A stretch of DNA of 64,000 nucleotides from a virus: IMG/VR virus record IMGVR_UViG_3300045977_000216, positions 5,638-69,637 of that record; one strand, written 5' to 3'. The notes under the pieces were generated by a model that was given only the letters and a program-made list of their open reading frames with translations, had not been told where the DNA came from and searched no databases. The first letter of the stretch is position 1. Every line of letters starts with the position of its first letter. The position numbers and the translations under genes were made by a program. Of the stretch, positions 1 through 9,430 are shown one piece after another.

Positions 1-210
1 CGGGACCCTGTGGTCCAGCTCCTCCACGATGTGCTTGTTGTAGGCGAAGAAGGCACTCCTGTGGTGCCGCGGAACGTGATCCAGGCTCTTGACGAGCACC
101 GTCGTCTTGCTGGACCCCGCCACAGCACTGACGAACGCGGAGCCAGTGCCCCGCTCCACGAAGTCGAAGATCCCGATCTGGTACCTGCTCCACTTAATGT
201 TCATGCTCAT
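1..210 (-). CDS. UvrD/Rep-like SF1 helicase, N-terminal part (runs off the window edge)
   Basis: Hand translation (not in the ORF track): MSMNIKWSRYQIGIFDFVERGTGSAFVSAVAGSSKTTVLV...FFAYNKHIVEEL. This gives a Q-motif, a Walker A-like AVAGSSKTT and a motif Ia-like AYNK. GGAG RBS upstream. Confidence 0.75.
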   Translation of the reverse strand, partial: MSMNIKWSRYQIGIFDFVERGTGSAFVSAVAGSSKTTVLVKSLDHVPRHHRSAFFAYNKHIVEELDHRVP

Positions 211-302
211 GTTCTCCAGATTGATTTCGCGACCTCTACTAACAACCACGCGAACCACCGAACGAAGCAGAGGGCGGCGATCAGGAGGAAGAGGACGATC
301 AC
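207..302 (-). CDS. 31-aa hydrophobic membrane peptide
   Basis: GTG start. Translation VIVLFLLIAALCFVRWFAWLLVEVAKSIWRT. Overlaps both neighbours by 4 bp (GTGA and ATGA), typical of translational coupling. Confidence 0.55.
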   Translation of the reverse strand: MIVLFLLIAALCFVRWFAWLLVEVAKSIWRT

Positions 303-502
303 TTGATCTTCCCAGCCTTCCTCAGGTGGTGGTAGGCGGCCTCGATGCAGGCGTCTGACTGCCCGTCCGTCATGTAGATGACCTGACCCTTCCTGTCCCA
401 GACCTTCAGGTACGTGAACGGTCCCGTGCCAATGGGCACCAGCTCCACGCGGAAGCCGGCCTCCTCGATGATGCTCTTGCGAGCCTTGGCCCTAAGCTCC
501 AT
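299..502 (-). CDS. hypothetical protein
   Basis: 67-aa ORF coupled to its neighbours, with a purine-rich RBS. Confidence 0.55.
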   Translation of the reverse strand: MELRAKARKSIIEEAGFRVELVPIGTGPFTYLKVWDRKGQVIYMTDGQSDACIEAAYHHLRKAGKIK

Positions 503-1046
503 TGCTCTCCCTCCTCATCTGCCTCCAGCTCTCGCGGAGGTGGTCCATGACCCTGTGCCTGTTCGCGTGCTCCGAGTTCCACACCCTCGGGACGAGCAGT
601 GCGGCCCCTCCGGCGATGCGGAAGGGCCTCACGTTGCTGTCGGCGTCGTCGATCAGTAGGTGGCCCCTGCTCGCGAAGAAGTCCTTTCGTTGCGTGGTCA
701 CGGACGCCGGTAGATTGGGGTAGTGCTCCCGCAACCAGCGGACCTTGCCCACGACGCAGGACGGCAGGTCCTTGTAGCCGGCGTCGCTCGGTGCATGCGT
801 CAGGACCGTCACGTCCATGCTGATTCCGCAGGCGAACGCGAAGATCTCGTCGGCGTCCGGCATCTTGGGGAGTCTAGCCCACCAGTCCGGGCCATCCGCC
901 CCGTGCCAGAAGTCCTTGCCGAGCGAGAAGGCCGTGGCTATGTTGTACTGCCCAGGAGGCCAGTTCCGCTCGTCAAATCCATGAATGACCCTCAGACCAG
1001 CGACGAGGTCGCAGAGGACCCCGTCCATGTCAAGGAATACTCGCAT
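492..1046 (-). CDS. HAD-family 5'(3')-deoxyribonucleotidase (NT5C-like)
   Basis: Motif I FLDMDGVLCD, K..W motif and motif IV LLIDD..N. Confidence 0.85.
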   Translation of the reverse strand: MRVFLDMDGVLCDLVAGLRVIHGFDERNWPPGQYNIATAFSLGKDFWHGADGPDWWARLPKMPDADEIFAFACGISMDVTVLTHAPSDAGYKDLPSCVVGKVRWLREHYPNLPASVTTQRKDFFASRGHLLIDDADSNVRPFRIAGGAALLVPRVWNSEHANRHRVMDHLRESWRQMRRESNGA

Positions 1047-1144
1047 GGCACTTGTCCTCCCTGAGTGACTTCGCGAGCTCCCTGGCCTCGGCCACGTCAG
1101 CGGTCAGGGCCTGCATGGTCGACTGAAGTATCCTGAACCGCCTC

Positions 1145-1405
1145 TCAATCAACTCCAGCTTCTCCTCCAGTGCTCTCGCCACCTGCTGCTCTCGTTGGTT
1201 CATTCTGCTCCTCCAGCTTCTGGAACCTGGGAACCAGTATCCCGTTGGACATGATCCCCTCGTTCCACATGTTGATCGGGCGAGCCCAGAGGACCTCGCT
1301 GCCGACCAAACGGTAGATGATGAGGTCGTTCAGGGTCTCGCTGTGCTTGGCAACTCCAACGACCTCGTACACGCTGCCCTTGTAGTGCTTGTACAGTCCT
1401 TTCAC
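1145..1405 (-). CDS. DUF1653-like protein
   Basis: Signature GLYKHYKG..YEV.GVAKHSET...IIYR......WARP. Confidence 0.85.
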   Translation of the reverse strand: MKGLYKHYKGSVYEVVGVAKHSETLNDLIIYRLVGSEVLWARPINMWNEGIMSNGILVPRFQKLEEQNEPTRAAGGESTGGEAGVD

Positions 1406-1620
1406 TTGGTCTTTCCCTTGAGGAATAGGTTACGAAGAAACAGGTACTCTGGGTGCCCCCTCTTGGTCACGCACCCTGTCCTGCGGTACTCGTAGTACCT
1501 ATACTGGCCATCTTCTCCCCTCACGTCAAAGATGGTCGTGTCGAAGAGCCTCACAAGCTTCCGAACGTCCCCATCAAGAGGTCCTCCAACGAGGGCGACG
1601 GTGTGCTTCTTCGTCGGCAT
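1402..1620 (-). CDS. hypothetical protein
   Basis: Probable start MPTKKHT. VGGPLDG motif is common in small phage proteins. Confidence 0.5.
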   Translation of the reverse strand: MPTKKHTVALVGGPLDGDVRKLVRLFDTTIFDVRGEDGQYRYYEYRRTGCVTKRGHPEYLFLRNLFLKGKTK

Positions 1621-2238
1621 TTTTCGTAGTCCTCTATCTTGATCGCGAGAGCCCTCATGGCCAGTGACTCCTCGCCGAGCCACGGACCGCAGGCCTTCAG
1701 GACCTCTGCGTCGAAGTCCTGGTCGCCGGTGCTCTCCATGCTGAACTTGCGGAGCTTGACCCAGGTCTCCCTGAGGAAGGCGTCTCGGTCGATAGCCCCG
1801 ATCTGCTTCGGCGTGAGCTTCATTTCTTCACCTCGAAACCACAAGTCCCGTAAACGGAGAATTGTTCAAGTGTTACGACTTGTGCTAATTTCTTGTCTGC
1901 ACAAACTGTGCAAATGAAATTCAACCCAAGTCAAACATGGGATACGACGTTGCTTTTGCAGAGCTCACACAGCAATGGCGGGGTCATTCTTCCACCTTTC
2001 TCACTGTGCAGAGTAAGTGGAGATTCTTTGGTTGACTTCACATGTCTCGGTATCATGTTCATGCTCTTGAAATCTAGAGAGACCTTGGTGGGAGCCGGAC
2101 TCTCCGGCTTGCCAGCCGCCCGTTTCCTAAGCCCCTTTTTACAGTTAGGGGATTCGCACTGTTGGTCGGACCTTGCTGCCCGACCTCCCCTGGGTAAACA
2201 CGCGGCGACCAGCACCGTGCGATCCCACCAGGGTCCCT

Positions 2239-3243
2239 CTAGTATCTGTTCCTCTGACCCCGCACCAGATCCTGCAACCACTTGTCTTGATCGCTGCCGG
2301 ACCCCTGGAGGGCCGTCGCATACTTGTCCAGGACCTCGCACCTGTTCTGACTCTCCTCCTTCGGCAGATCGCGGAAGAAGTGGTCGCTGCACACGACTTC
2401 CCACGCGTGCCTCACCATCTCGAACCACTCCCGCTGGTACTTGCAGCTGATCCGGAGCCGGTGCTCGGCCACCCTGACGGTGGGCGGTCCACCCACGTTC
2501 TCGGAGCAGGCGAGTTGGTCGATGGCCGTCACGAACTCGCTGCCCACCTCCTCGCCGGAGAGCCAGCCGTAGATCGACAGCTGGTTGGCCCACTCCTTGC
2601 TGGACTGCTCCAGCATCATGGCCCCGTTGATCTGCATCCCGTTGTACAGCATAGGGAAGCAGTCTCGGTGCATCTCGTGCGTGTTGCGGCCGCGGAGCCT
2701 GAGGTAGCCACGCATCGGGCTCTTGTTGCCCCTGCTGCAGTACCCGTTGACCTTGAAGTCGAAGATCACGTGGGCACCGGACCTGGAGATGAAGAAGATG
2801 TCGAGCTTCCCCAGGAGTGGGACTCCTCCCACCGTCGCCTCCACGCTCTCCCGCTGACCGTCGACGATTCCGCCGATCTCGATCTCGAACCTCGGCTTCA
2901 TCACGGCTCCCTGGAGCTCCGTGAGGAGGTCGACCAGGGCACCGCACGCTTGGTACTCGCCGAAGGCGTGTTTTCCCGCGACCATGGCGAAGTCGCGGTT
3001 CTGCTTCTCGACCTGAGCTTCGAAGATCGCCCTGAACTCGAACTTCGGGTCACTCCCCTTGCCAAACAGGGCCTCGTGCAGCCAGCTCTTGACGTAGGCG
3101 TCGAACGACGACCCGATGGCCATGGCTGCCGTTTGCGGAAATCTCTGCGGTCTCGTGTCTGCCATGTACGACAGGTAGTACTCCTCCCTGTCCTTGTAGA
3201 AGGTCGCCAGGGAGGAGGGGCTCATATACTTCGGTCGCCTCAT
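2239..3243 (-). CDS. PD-(D/E)XK exonuclease (RecB/RecE-like)
   Basis: N-terminal SPSSL, then GSSFD, GKLD...IFDFK catalytic spacing and a QLSIY motif. Confidence 0.75.
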   Translation of the reverse strand: MRRPKYMSPSSLATFYKDREEYYLSYMADTRPQRFPQTAAMAIGSSFDAYVKSWLHEALFGKGSDPKFEFRAIFEAQVEKQNRDFAMVAGKHAFGEYQACGALVDLLTELQGAVMKPRFEIEIGGIVDGQRESVEATVGGVPLLGKLDIFFISRSGAHVIFDFKVNGYCSRGNKSPMRGYLRLRGRNTHEMHRDCFPMLYNGMQINGAMMLEQSSKEWANQLSIYGWLSGEEVGSEFVTAIDQLACSENVGGPPTVRVAEHRLRISCKYQREWFEMVRHAWEVVCSDHFFRDLPKEESQNRCEVLDKYATALQGSGSDQDKWLQDLVRGQRNRY

Positions 3244-3612
3244 TGCAGGTACTCCTGGTGTGCTTTCTTGACCATCTTGTGTGCCGTCAGCCTCGGGCAG
3301 TCGCAGAATATCACCCCTATCGAAACCACTCCTGGGTGTGCTCTCACGAGCACCTCGGCCTCTCTCCTGGTGTAGGCGAAGTCCACTTGCAGCCAGTGGA
3401 CTATCGGGACCTCGCAGTCGAGTAAGTATTCGGCAGGCATGGTACCTCCGCTATCGTTATCATGGATGGCTTGTACCTCGACACCGTCAGCATGGCCCTG
3501 TGGTTCTTCCAGTTGACAGTGCCCAGGTACATCTCGCGACCCAAGATCAGCCTGTAGGGACTGTTCGGGTACGAGCCGTTGTGCTCGTGGTCCACGGTGG
3601 CGAACCTCAGCA

Positions 3613-4293
3613 TCACTGAGACCACTTGTCTTTGAACCGCTTTCGGAATCTGTCGAAGATTTCCTGGGAGCGGAACCACCCCGCCGCCTCCTGGACCTTC
3701 CTGCCCAGCCTCTCGTCGATCTCCCTGAAGGTGTAACCCTCGAAGCGGAGCTCGACCACCGTCCTCTCCTCCTCGTCTCTTATGCATAGGTCCATGATCT
3801 CCTTGAACTCGGGGCTCAGGCCGGCTGGCTTGGCCACGCCGGTGAACCTCCCACTGGTCTTGGGATTCTTCTTATTCTTGGCAGTCTCGTTGACCCTCTC
3901 CGTGTCGAACTGAACGACCTTGTCCAGCTTGATCTTCTCGCCGTTCTTGATCTTGCGACGCATCGTCACCACGGGCATCTGGATGAAGTGCGTCCTGAGC
4001 ATGAAGAGTTTGAGGGCGAACCGGACCCTGGTGCAGATGTACGGTGTGATGTTGTCGTCCCACATCTGGAACTTTCCGGTGCGGACGCGGTCGACGGCTT
4101 CCGAGACCGCGAGTGCGGCCTCCCCCTCCAGGTCGAGGCGGTAGTGTGGGTGCTGCCTCGCAACCGAAGCCACGATGAACATTGAGATGCGGAGGTGGCT
4201 CTCGATGATCTTCCTGCTCGTGTCCTTGCCGGTCTTGAGCTCGGCGACGAGTTGCTCGACGTTTGGGGCGACCTCTGGCAATACGACTTCCAT
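3613..4293 (-). CDS. sigma-70-family RNA polymerase sigma factor-like protein
   Basis: Region 2-like IIESHLRI...DLEGEAALAVSEAVDR...PYICTRVR. Region 4 HTH VVELRFEGYTFREIDERLG. AAGGGAG RBS before MEVVLP. Confidence 0.7.
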   Translation of the reverse strand: MEVVLPEVAPNVEQLVAELKTGKDTSRKIIESHLRISMFIVASVARQHPHYRLDLEGEAALAVSEAVDRVRTGKFQMWDDNITPYICTRVRFALKLFMLRTHFIQMPVVTMRRKIKNGEKIKLDKVVQFDTERVNETAKNKKNPKTSGRFTGVAKPAGLSPEFKEIMDLCIRDEEERTVVELRFEGYTFREIDERLGRKVQEAAGWFRSQEIFDRFRKRFKDKWSQ

Positions 4294-4562
4294 CTTCAGC
4301 TCCCTTGTGCTGGTTGCCCCTGTTGGGGCTCCGGTGTTTAGACTTCTACTCCTGCGATAGCCTCTAAGTTCCGATGACACTCTTTGTCATCTGCCTTCGC
4401 CGCCTCGCTCGTGGCCCTTGCGAGGGCTACCGTTCCGTCGGTGTGGCAGATCGTGAAATCGTCTTGCGTCTGCTCGACGTTGAGGACAGTTTGTTATTGT
4501 CCTCCAGACGCGGACGCGGTAGCGGTGGTTGCTGAGGGCGGTCATGCTTTCGTAGATGCGGC

Positions 4563-4811
4563 TCATATCTGGTAGTCTCCGTTGGGCTGATGCAGGCGCT
4601 CGTAGTCATCGTAGTAGTAGATGGGCCGCAGGTCATTCCGCAGCCAGTCGGCGTGGATCCTGGCCTGGGTCAGTGGTCGGCCCTCGAAGTACAACTCCCA
4701 GGGGTGGCGGTTCTGCTCGCGGGCTCGGCAGAGGCTGCAGCGGCACATTCCGTCGGGCAGGACCAGGTCGAAGCTGTCTCCTGGTCTTACGATCAGAGTC
4801 TTGTGCGTCAT
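4563..4811 (-). CDS. hypothetical protein (CxCxxC)
   Basis: First ORF after the sigma-70 promoter at 4880-4908. GGGAG RBS. Confidence 0.5.
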   Translation of the reverse strand: MTHKTLIVRPGDSFDLVLPDGMCRCSLCRAREQNRHPWELYFEGRPLTQARIHADWLRNDLRPIYYYDDYERLHQPNGDYQI

Positions 4812-4879
4812 GGTCTCGTCTCCCTGTTTTGCGAAATCAAATCCAGCCGCGTTTGGGTCGTCGATAGAGTCCCCTAGTC

Positions 4880-4908
4880 ATTATCGGAAAATGCCTCCCG
4901 TATGTCAA
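4880..4908 (-). promoter_or_regulatory. sigma-70-type promoter
   Basis: Minus strand reads TTGACA-17 nt-GATAAT. Confidence 0.7.
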
Positions 4909-5396
4909 TGGCATTTTCCAAAATACTTTACGGCTTGAATTGATCGTGCAATTTCTACGAGCCGGAAGAAGTGCTCCGGCTCGAAGTAGTTGATCGCGTA
5001 CCTGTGGCCCATCGGGTCCAGGCACATGTGCCTGTCCCAGGCGACGGCGTGGTCCTTGCCCTCCATCGTCTTGCCGACCAAGATGCCGTCGTAGGTCATC
5101 ACGACCTCTTCGAACCTCGCACTGTAGTCGAGCTTGTGCGGCGGCATGTCCATTTGCACGTAGGACGTAGGATGCTTGTCGTACCTCACGAGCGACATTC
5201 CGCAGGCCTCGGCGGCCAGGAGGATCTCTTGGTCGTGGAAGCCCTGCCTGCAGGCCGGGTCCTCCAGCTCCGGCCATATGACGGCGGAGCCGTCGTGGCC
5301 TATGGCCAGGATCACGTCGTCGACCTTGACGCCGAGGCAGATCGCCAGAGCGGTCGGGAAGCACGACCACTTGTTAGGTTGCACTTGGAGCTTCAA
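4905..5396 (-). CDS. C39-like cysteine peptidase domain protein
   Basis: Q.....SC..TAL at the N-terminus, then H-A-V and a downstream DP, matching papain-like C39 spacing. Confidence 0.5.
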   Translation of the reverse strand: MKLQVQPNKWSCFPTALAICLGVKVDDVILAIGHDGSAVIWPELEDPACRQGFHDQEILLAAEACGMSLVRYDKHPTSYVQMDMPPHKLDYSARFEEVVMTYDGILVGKTMEGKDHAVAWDRHMCLDPMGHRYAINYFEPEHFFRLVEIARSIQAVKYFGKCH

Positions 5397-5844
5397 GCAT
5401 GTCCTCCCTTATGTCTAGGTGCTGGTTGCAGACTTCCCTAAGCTCCTTCTGTGCGCCGTGTGCGAATGCCACGCACCATATCCTCTGCTCTCGCACGTAG
5501 CTCGCGAGCTCGCTCATGGAGCCGTCGCTCGTACCCAGGACCACGACGTCGAGTTTCTGGAGTAGGCGGACCACGTCCAGCGTCATGCCGACGTTCCACG
5601 ACGACCTCTTCACGTCGTTCGTGTGCAACCTCTTGAACCGGACGTCATAACCCTTGCTCCTGAGAGCCATCTTGAAGCCAGCGGCCTCACCGTTCACCTC
5701 CAGACCGTAGGCCACGGCCCTGTACAACTTGCCGTACTGCTTACAGACCTCCAGGTACCGACCGTAGTCGAGCTTTCTTCCGGGAAACTTCTTGAACAGA
5801 TTCACGTACAAGTTCGACACGTCCACGAACACTCCTACGTTCAT
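5374..5844 (-). CDS. NYN/LabA (PIN-like) domain protein
   Basis: VFVDVSNLY...LDY, AVAYG, then VVVLGTSDG..ELA.YVRE and S/Q..L...C.....I. This is the LabA/DUF88 layout. Confidence 0.75.
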   Translation of the reverse strand: MNVGVFVDVSNLYVNLFKKFPGRKLDYGRYLEVCKQYGKLYRAVAYGLEVNGEAAGFKMALRSKGYDVRFKRLHTNDVKRSSWNVGMTLDVVRLLQKLDVVVLGTSDGSMSELASYVREQRIWCVAFAHGAQKELREVCNQHLDIREDMLEAPSAT

Positions 5845-8033
5845 GTTGCGGCCTCGCAGGATGAGGAATCGCAGTACTTCTCGTCCACTCCGTCGCTTCC
5901 GGAGAGCTTGTGCCAGGGAATCGGCCTCAGGGCAGATAGGCGTCGCTCGTACTCTTCCTTGCTCAGTCCCTCTTCAGGCATCTGGTTGTAGACTCCTTTG
6001 GCTGAGTGTGGCAAAAACGAGGCCGACTTCACGAGCGGTGCGATACACGAGAGCACGGCCTCGATGTCGTCCTCCTCATGATCCTTGTTGTAGACGTATA
6101 CGTTGTACTTGCCACTTGTTGCAGCGACGACCTTCCTCTCTGCAAAGATTCCCATCACCTCCTTGGAGGAAACGTAGTCCTCGAACTCGACTTCATCAAG
6201 GAGCTCCTCTAGGTCGTGGACGCTGGCCTCGGAAGCAACGAGCTCCCACTTCGGTTTGAAGTAGAGCGTGTTCGACACACTGTTGTCAGCCCACTCCCTT
6301 TGCATCCACACCAAGTTCATCGCCTGCTCCCACAAGCTCACTTTGTCGGCAGGTTTGGCGGGGAGCTGGATGATGGGGTACTCGTAGATCCTCGTGTTCT
6401 GAGACACGAGGTCCATCTCCCAGGGAAGACCTGACTCCGCCATGAGGAACCGATCGACCGGAGACCCAACGCCTATCCGAATCCTGCGGAGCGTCTCTAC
6501 ATAGGTCGGATGACCGATGCCAGGGGTCCTACCGGCGAGCTTCGGCGTGGTTCCTCCTGGCTTGATCGTCGTGACCTTGATCGCCGGAGGGACGCCGGCC
6601 TCCTGGTTGAGCTTCTTGTTGGTCTCGCGGACGATTTTGTAACCCTCCCTCAGCCACCTCGTGACCTTGTGCACACCGTGTACGTGCTTCCATCCAGAGA
6701 CGTCAATGATGGAGCAGCCGATCCTCCTGTTCCTGGCGATCACAGCGTTCGTGCTCTGCTGGTGCGTCGGGAGCAGGGACACAGTGCTCATGTACATCGT
6801 GGCCTGCTCGCACGAGCGGTACCAATTCTCCGGACCGCTGCACATGGTTGGGAGCGTCTCGGCCACGTTGCAGAGCTCCTTGTTCTCCAGCGTGATCTCG
6901 CCGCACGGGTTGAGGCCCGTCGCCCTGTCGTTCGACTTGTTCTTCTTCTTCCCGATTCTGCCGTACGGAAAGTTCCTCAGGTTCGCGATCCCAGGCTCCC
7001 CGCGAATAGGCACCCTGTAGGCGACCTCCCCGAGTCTGTCGAAGTCCTCGTCGTCCACGAGCTTCGCAGAGTTATTGCTCATCCAGCCATGTGCCGCACG
7101 GTCGGGAAACTTCTCATAGTCCTTGAGGTCCAGGAACGTCCGGTCCTTGATCGGAGCCATCAGGAGTTCGGCACTCCTCCTCACATTTCCGGCCACCACG
7201 CAGCACCCCACGCAGTTGGCTATGTCGGCCTTCAGGTGGACGCTGTCGTAGTACTTTCGCTCCTTGAACCGCTCGCAGAAGCTGCGTACTTGCTCGTGCA
7301 GCTCCATGAGCGGACCAGGACCGCTCGACACGCCGCCGAATCCCCTGATCGGGAGACCGGCCGGCCTGACTTCGTCGTACACGAGCTTCACGCGACGCTG
7401 GTTGGGCCTGACGTACGAGTTGATCAAGCGAGCGGTGGCCTCGACCCAGCCCTCCCTGCTGTCCGGTATGACGTACACGCATTGGCCGGTTGGGTGGTGG
7501 AGCTCCATCGAGTCGTTTCTGATTGGGTAGAACCCTATCCCCACCCCGAGCATCAGGGAGTCCATGAGCCACCCAACGTCCGACGCCACGTCGTCGCCGA
7601 TCTCCGTGTAGCCGCAGTTGTAGAGGCTCATGGAACCACGCTCGTATATGAACGGCGTCCCCATCGCCCAGAGCCCGCGTCCAGGAGGGAGCCACTCCAT
7701 CTTGTACATGGCAACGGCCATGCTCTTGGCGACCTCCGTCCACCGATCCTCGCTCCAGTGAACGTTCGTCCTCCTGTACCAGTCCTTCCTGATGGACATG
7801 GCCCCGTTGATCACGCGGACGACGCAGTCTGCCCAATTCTCCTGGTGGCTGTCCTTGCCGGCCGGCAGGTGGTCCTGCCAATACTGCTCGGCGAGGTCAT
7901 CCTTGGACCAGAACCTGGAGTACCGAGTGTAGAACACGAGCTCGCCGAAGCCGTTGTACCCAAACGGTGGCGTCATGTCGTTGAGCAGGTGTCTGAACCC
8001 TGCGGGGAGCCGGAAGCGCTCTTTGACGAACAT
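5841..8033 (-). CDS. nrdJ: adenosylcobalamin-dependent (class II) ribonucleoside-triphosphate reductase
   Basis: PPGRGLWAMG, YNC, VVAGNVRRSA, catalytic GLNPCGEI, LCNVAE, TTIKPGGT, WADNSVSNT and a C-terminal CD.S.C pair. Confidence 0.95.
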   Translation of the reverse strand: MFVKERFRLPAGFRHLLNDMTPPFGYNGFGELVFYTRYSRFWSKDDLAEQYWQDHLPAGKDSHQENWADCVVRVINGAMSIRKDWYRRTNVHWSEDRWTEVAKSMAVAMYKMEWLPPGRGLWAMGTPFIYERGSMSLYNCGYTEIGDDVASDVGWLMDSLMLGVGIGFYPIRNDSMELHHPTGQCVYVIPDSREGWVEATARLINSYVRPNQRRVKLVYDEVRPAGLPIRGFGGVSSGPGPLMELHEQVRSFCERFKERKYYDSVHLKADIANCVGCCVVAGNVRRSAELLMAPIKDRTFLDLKDYEKFPDRAAHGWMSNNSAKLVDDEDFDRLGEVAYRVPIRGEPGIANLRNFPYGRIGKKKNKSNDRATGLNPCGEITLENKELCNVAETLPTMCSGPENWYRSCEQATMYMSTVSLLPTHQQSTNAVIARNRRIGCSIIDVSGWKHVHGVHKVTRWLREGYKIVRETNKKLNQEAGVPPAIKVTTIKPGGTTPKLAGRTPGIGHPTYVETLRRIRIGVGSPVDRFLMAESGLPWEMDLVSQNTRIYEYPIIQLPAKPADKVSLWEQAMNLVWMQREWADNSVSNTLYFKPKWELVASEASVHDLEELLDEVEFEDYVSSKEVMGIFAERKVVAATSGKYNVYVYNKDHEEDDIEAVLSCIAPLVKSASFLPHSAKGVYNQMPEEGLSKEEYERRLSALRPIPWHKLSGSDGVDEKYCDSSSCEAAT

Positions 8034-8041
8034 CTGATCTC

Positions 8042-8260
8042 CTACAGTAGGGACAGGAGCTTGTCGCAGGCTCGCGAGAGCTTACGCTCCGCGTCCTGCA
8101 TGTTGACGACCAGCGTGTTCCACTGATCCCTGTTCTCCGGCAGGAGCCTGCCGCCGCTGGCGTTGGCCTCGATCTCAGCAGCTTCCTCAACCTCTCGGAC
8201 CAGGGCCTGGAACTTGAGGACCTTGTCCTCGGACTCTCCGATAAATTCCTTCCTCGCCAT
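8042..8260 (-). CDS. hypothetical coiled-coil protein
   Basis: 72-aa ORF in operon context. Confidence 0.5.
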   Translation of the reverse strand: MARKEFIGESEDKVLKFQALVREVEEAAEIEANASGGRLLPENRDQWNTLVVNMQDAERKLSRACDKLLSLL

Positions 8261-8261
8261 G

Positions 8262-8630
8262 TTAGTGAAACCTAAATCCTGACAAGTAGTGATGCCAGTT
8301 AGCCGGCCCGAATAGCTTGTCGATCTCGGAATCGTCGTCTGAGGTCAGGACCCACACGCCGACTCCGTGGGCCGTCATCGTCTTGAACTCCTTGAGCTGG
8401 GCGGCGGTAAAATGGAAGCCCTCCCTGTTCTTTACCTCTATCCACCGCGTGCCGTACCTCGGGTGCATGGCGTACAGGTCCGGAAAACCGGACTGGTACA
8501 TGTTGCCGTGAGTCTCCATTACGTGCCAGCCGAGCAGGAACAGCTTACGCTTTATCGCGTCCTGTATCTTTCTTTCTGGCCTGTTCCCCTTGGCTTTGAA
8601 TGGCTCCACGGTAGTACCTCGCCAGTGCAA
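8262..8630 (-). CDS. VRR-NUC / Holliday-junction-resolvase-like endonuclease
   Basis: PERKIQ..I, GFPDL, WIEVK and Q......M...G. Confidence 0.85.
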   Translation of the reverse strand: MHWRGTTVEPFKAKGNRPERKIQDAIKRKLFLLGWHVMETHGNMYQSGFPDLYAMHPRYGTRWIEVKNREGFHFTAAQLKEFKTMTAHGVGVWVLTSDDDSEIDKLFGPANWHHYLSGFRFH

Positions 8631-9430
8631 GTAGTGAGATCGCGTGGACCAGGCACCTGTCGTACTCAGGATTCTGCTGTCCCTTGTGGAAGGTCTGGGC
8701 CTCAGTCACGAGCTCGATGGCCCTCCTGGTGTAGTACTCGGTGTCAGGGTTGTCTAGCAGGGCCCTCCAGAGTGGGTTGGTCGGCTCTCCCCGAAGGTTC
8801 GACTGGCTGAGGACCTTTTGGAGTTCTCTTCGGTTTGGTCTTTTCATAGAGTGACCTCGCGGCCTTCCTGAAGGCCGTCACGGCCTTCGCCAAGTTGTCC
8901 TGCTCCCACAAGCCGGTGACCTCCATGAGCCTGTACTGCTCCCAGACCTCCGGCGACACAGCTCTCCTCGCCCTCAGGAGCTCCTGGTACTCTCCCCCGT
9001 AGATGGCTGCAACATCGACCCTGAGGGCACCGGCGTGCCCAAAGAGCCTGTCGTAGCTCTCCATGTGCAGGTTACAGGCGAGGGCCTCGTCACGCATCTG
9101 CTGGACCATCTCGATCGCCGTCATTCTTCCTCCTCTTGCTGATCTCTGACAGTAGTAACTGCTTTGTGAGATATCCATACTTCGGGACGCCGAGGTCCCT
9201 CGCCATCCTCCTGAGCTTGGTGACCGGCAGACTCTCGAAGCTGTCCTGGAGCTGAGAGTCGATCCACCGGATCAACCTGTCCCTGTCGACCGAGAAGAGT
9301 ATACGCTCTAGAATCTGGAGTTCCTTTTCCGAGGCTGAGAAAAAAGCATCCTCAAACCTGCTCGTCTCGAGCAGGTTCTCTATCTTCCTCGCTTCCAGTA
9401 GCAGGATGTGGAACTCACGTCGAAGGTGGC

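Noticed and set aside
2149-2226. SRP (4.5S) RNA or tRNA identity for the hairpin
   Set aside because: The minus strand has GTTTACC/CAGG/GCAGC-like words but no GNRA-capped helix 8. There is no cloverleaf or T-loop.
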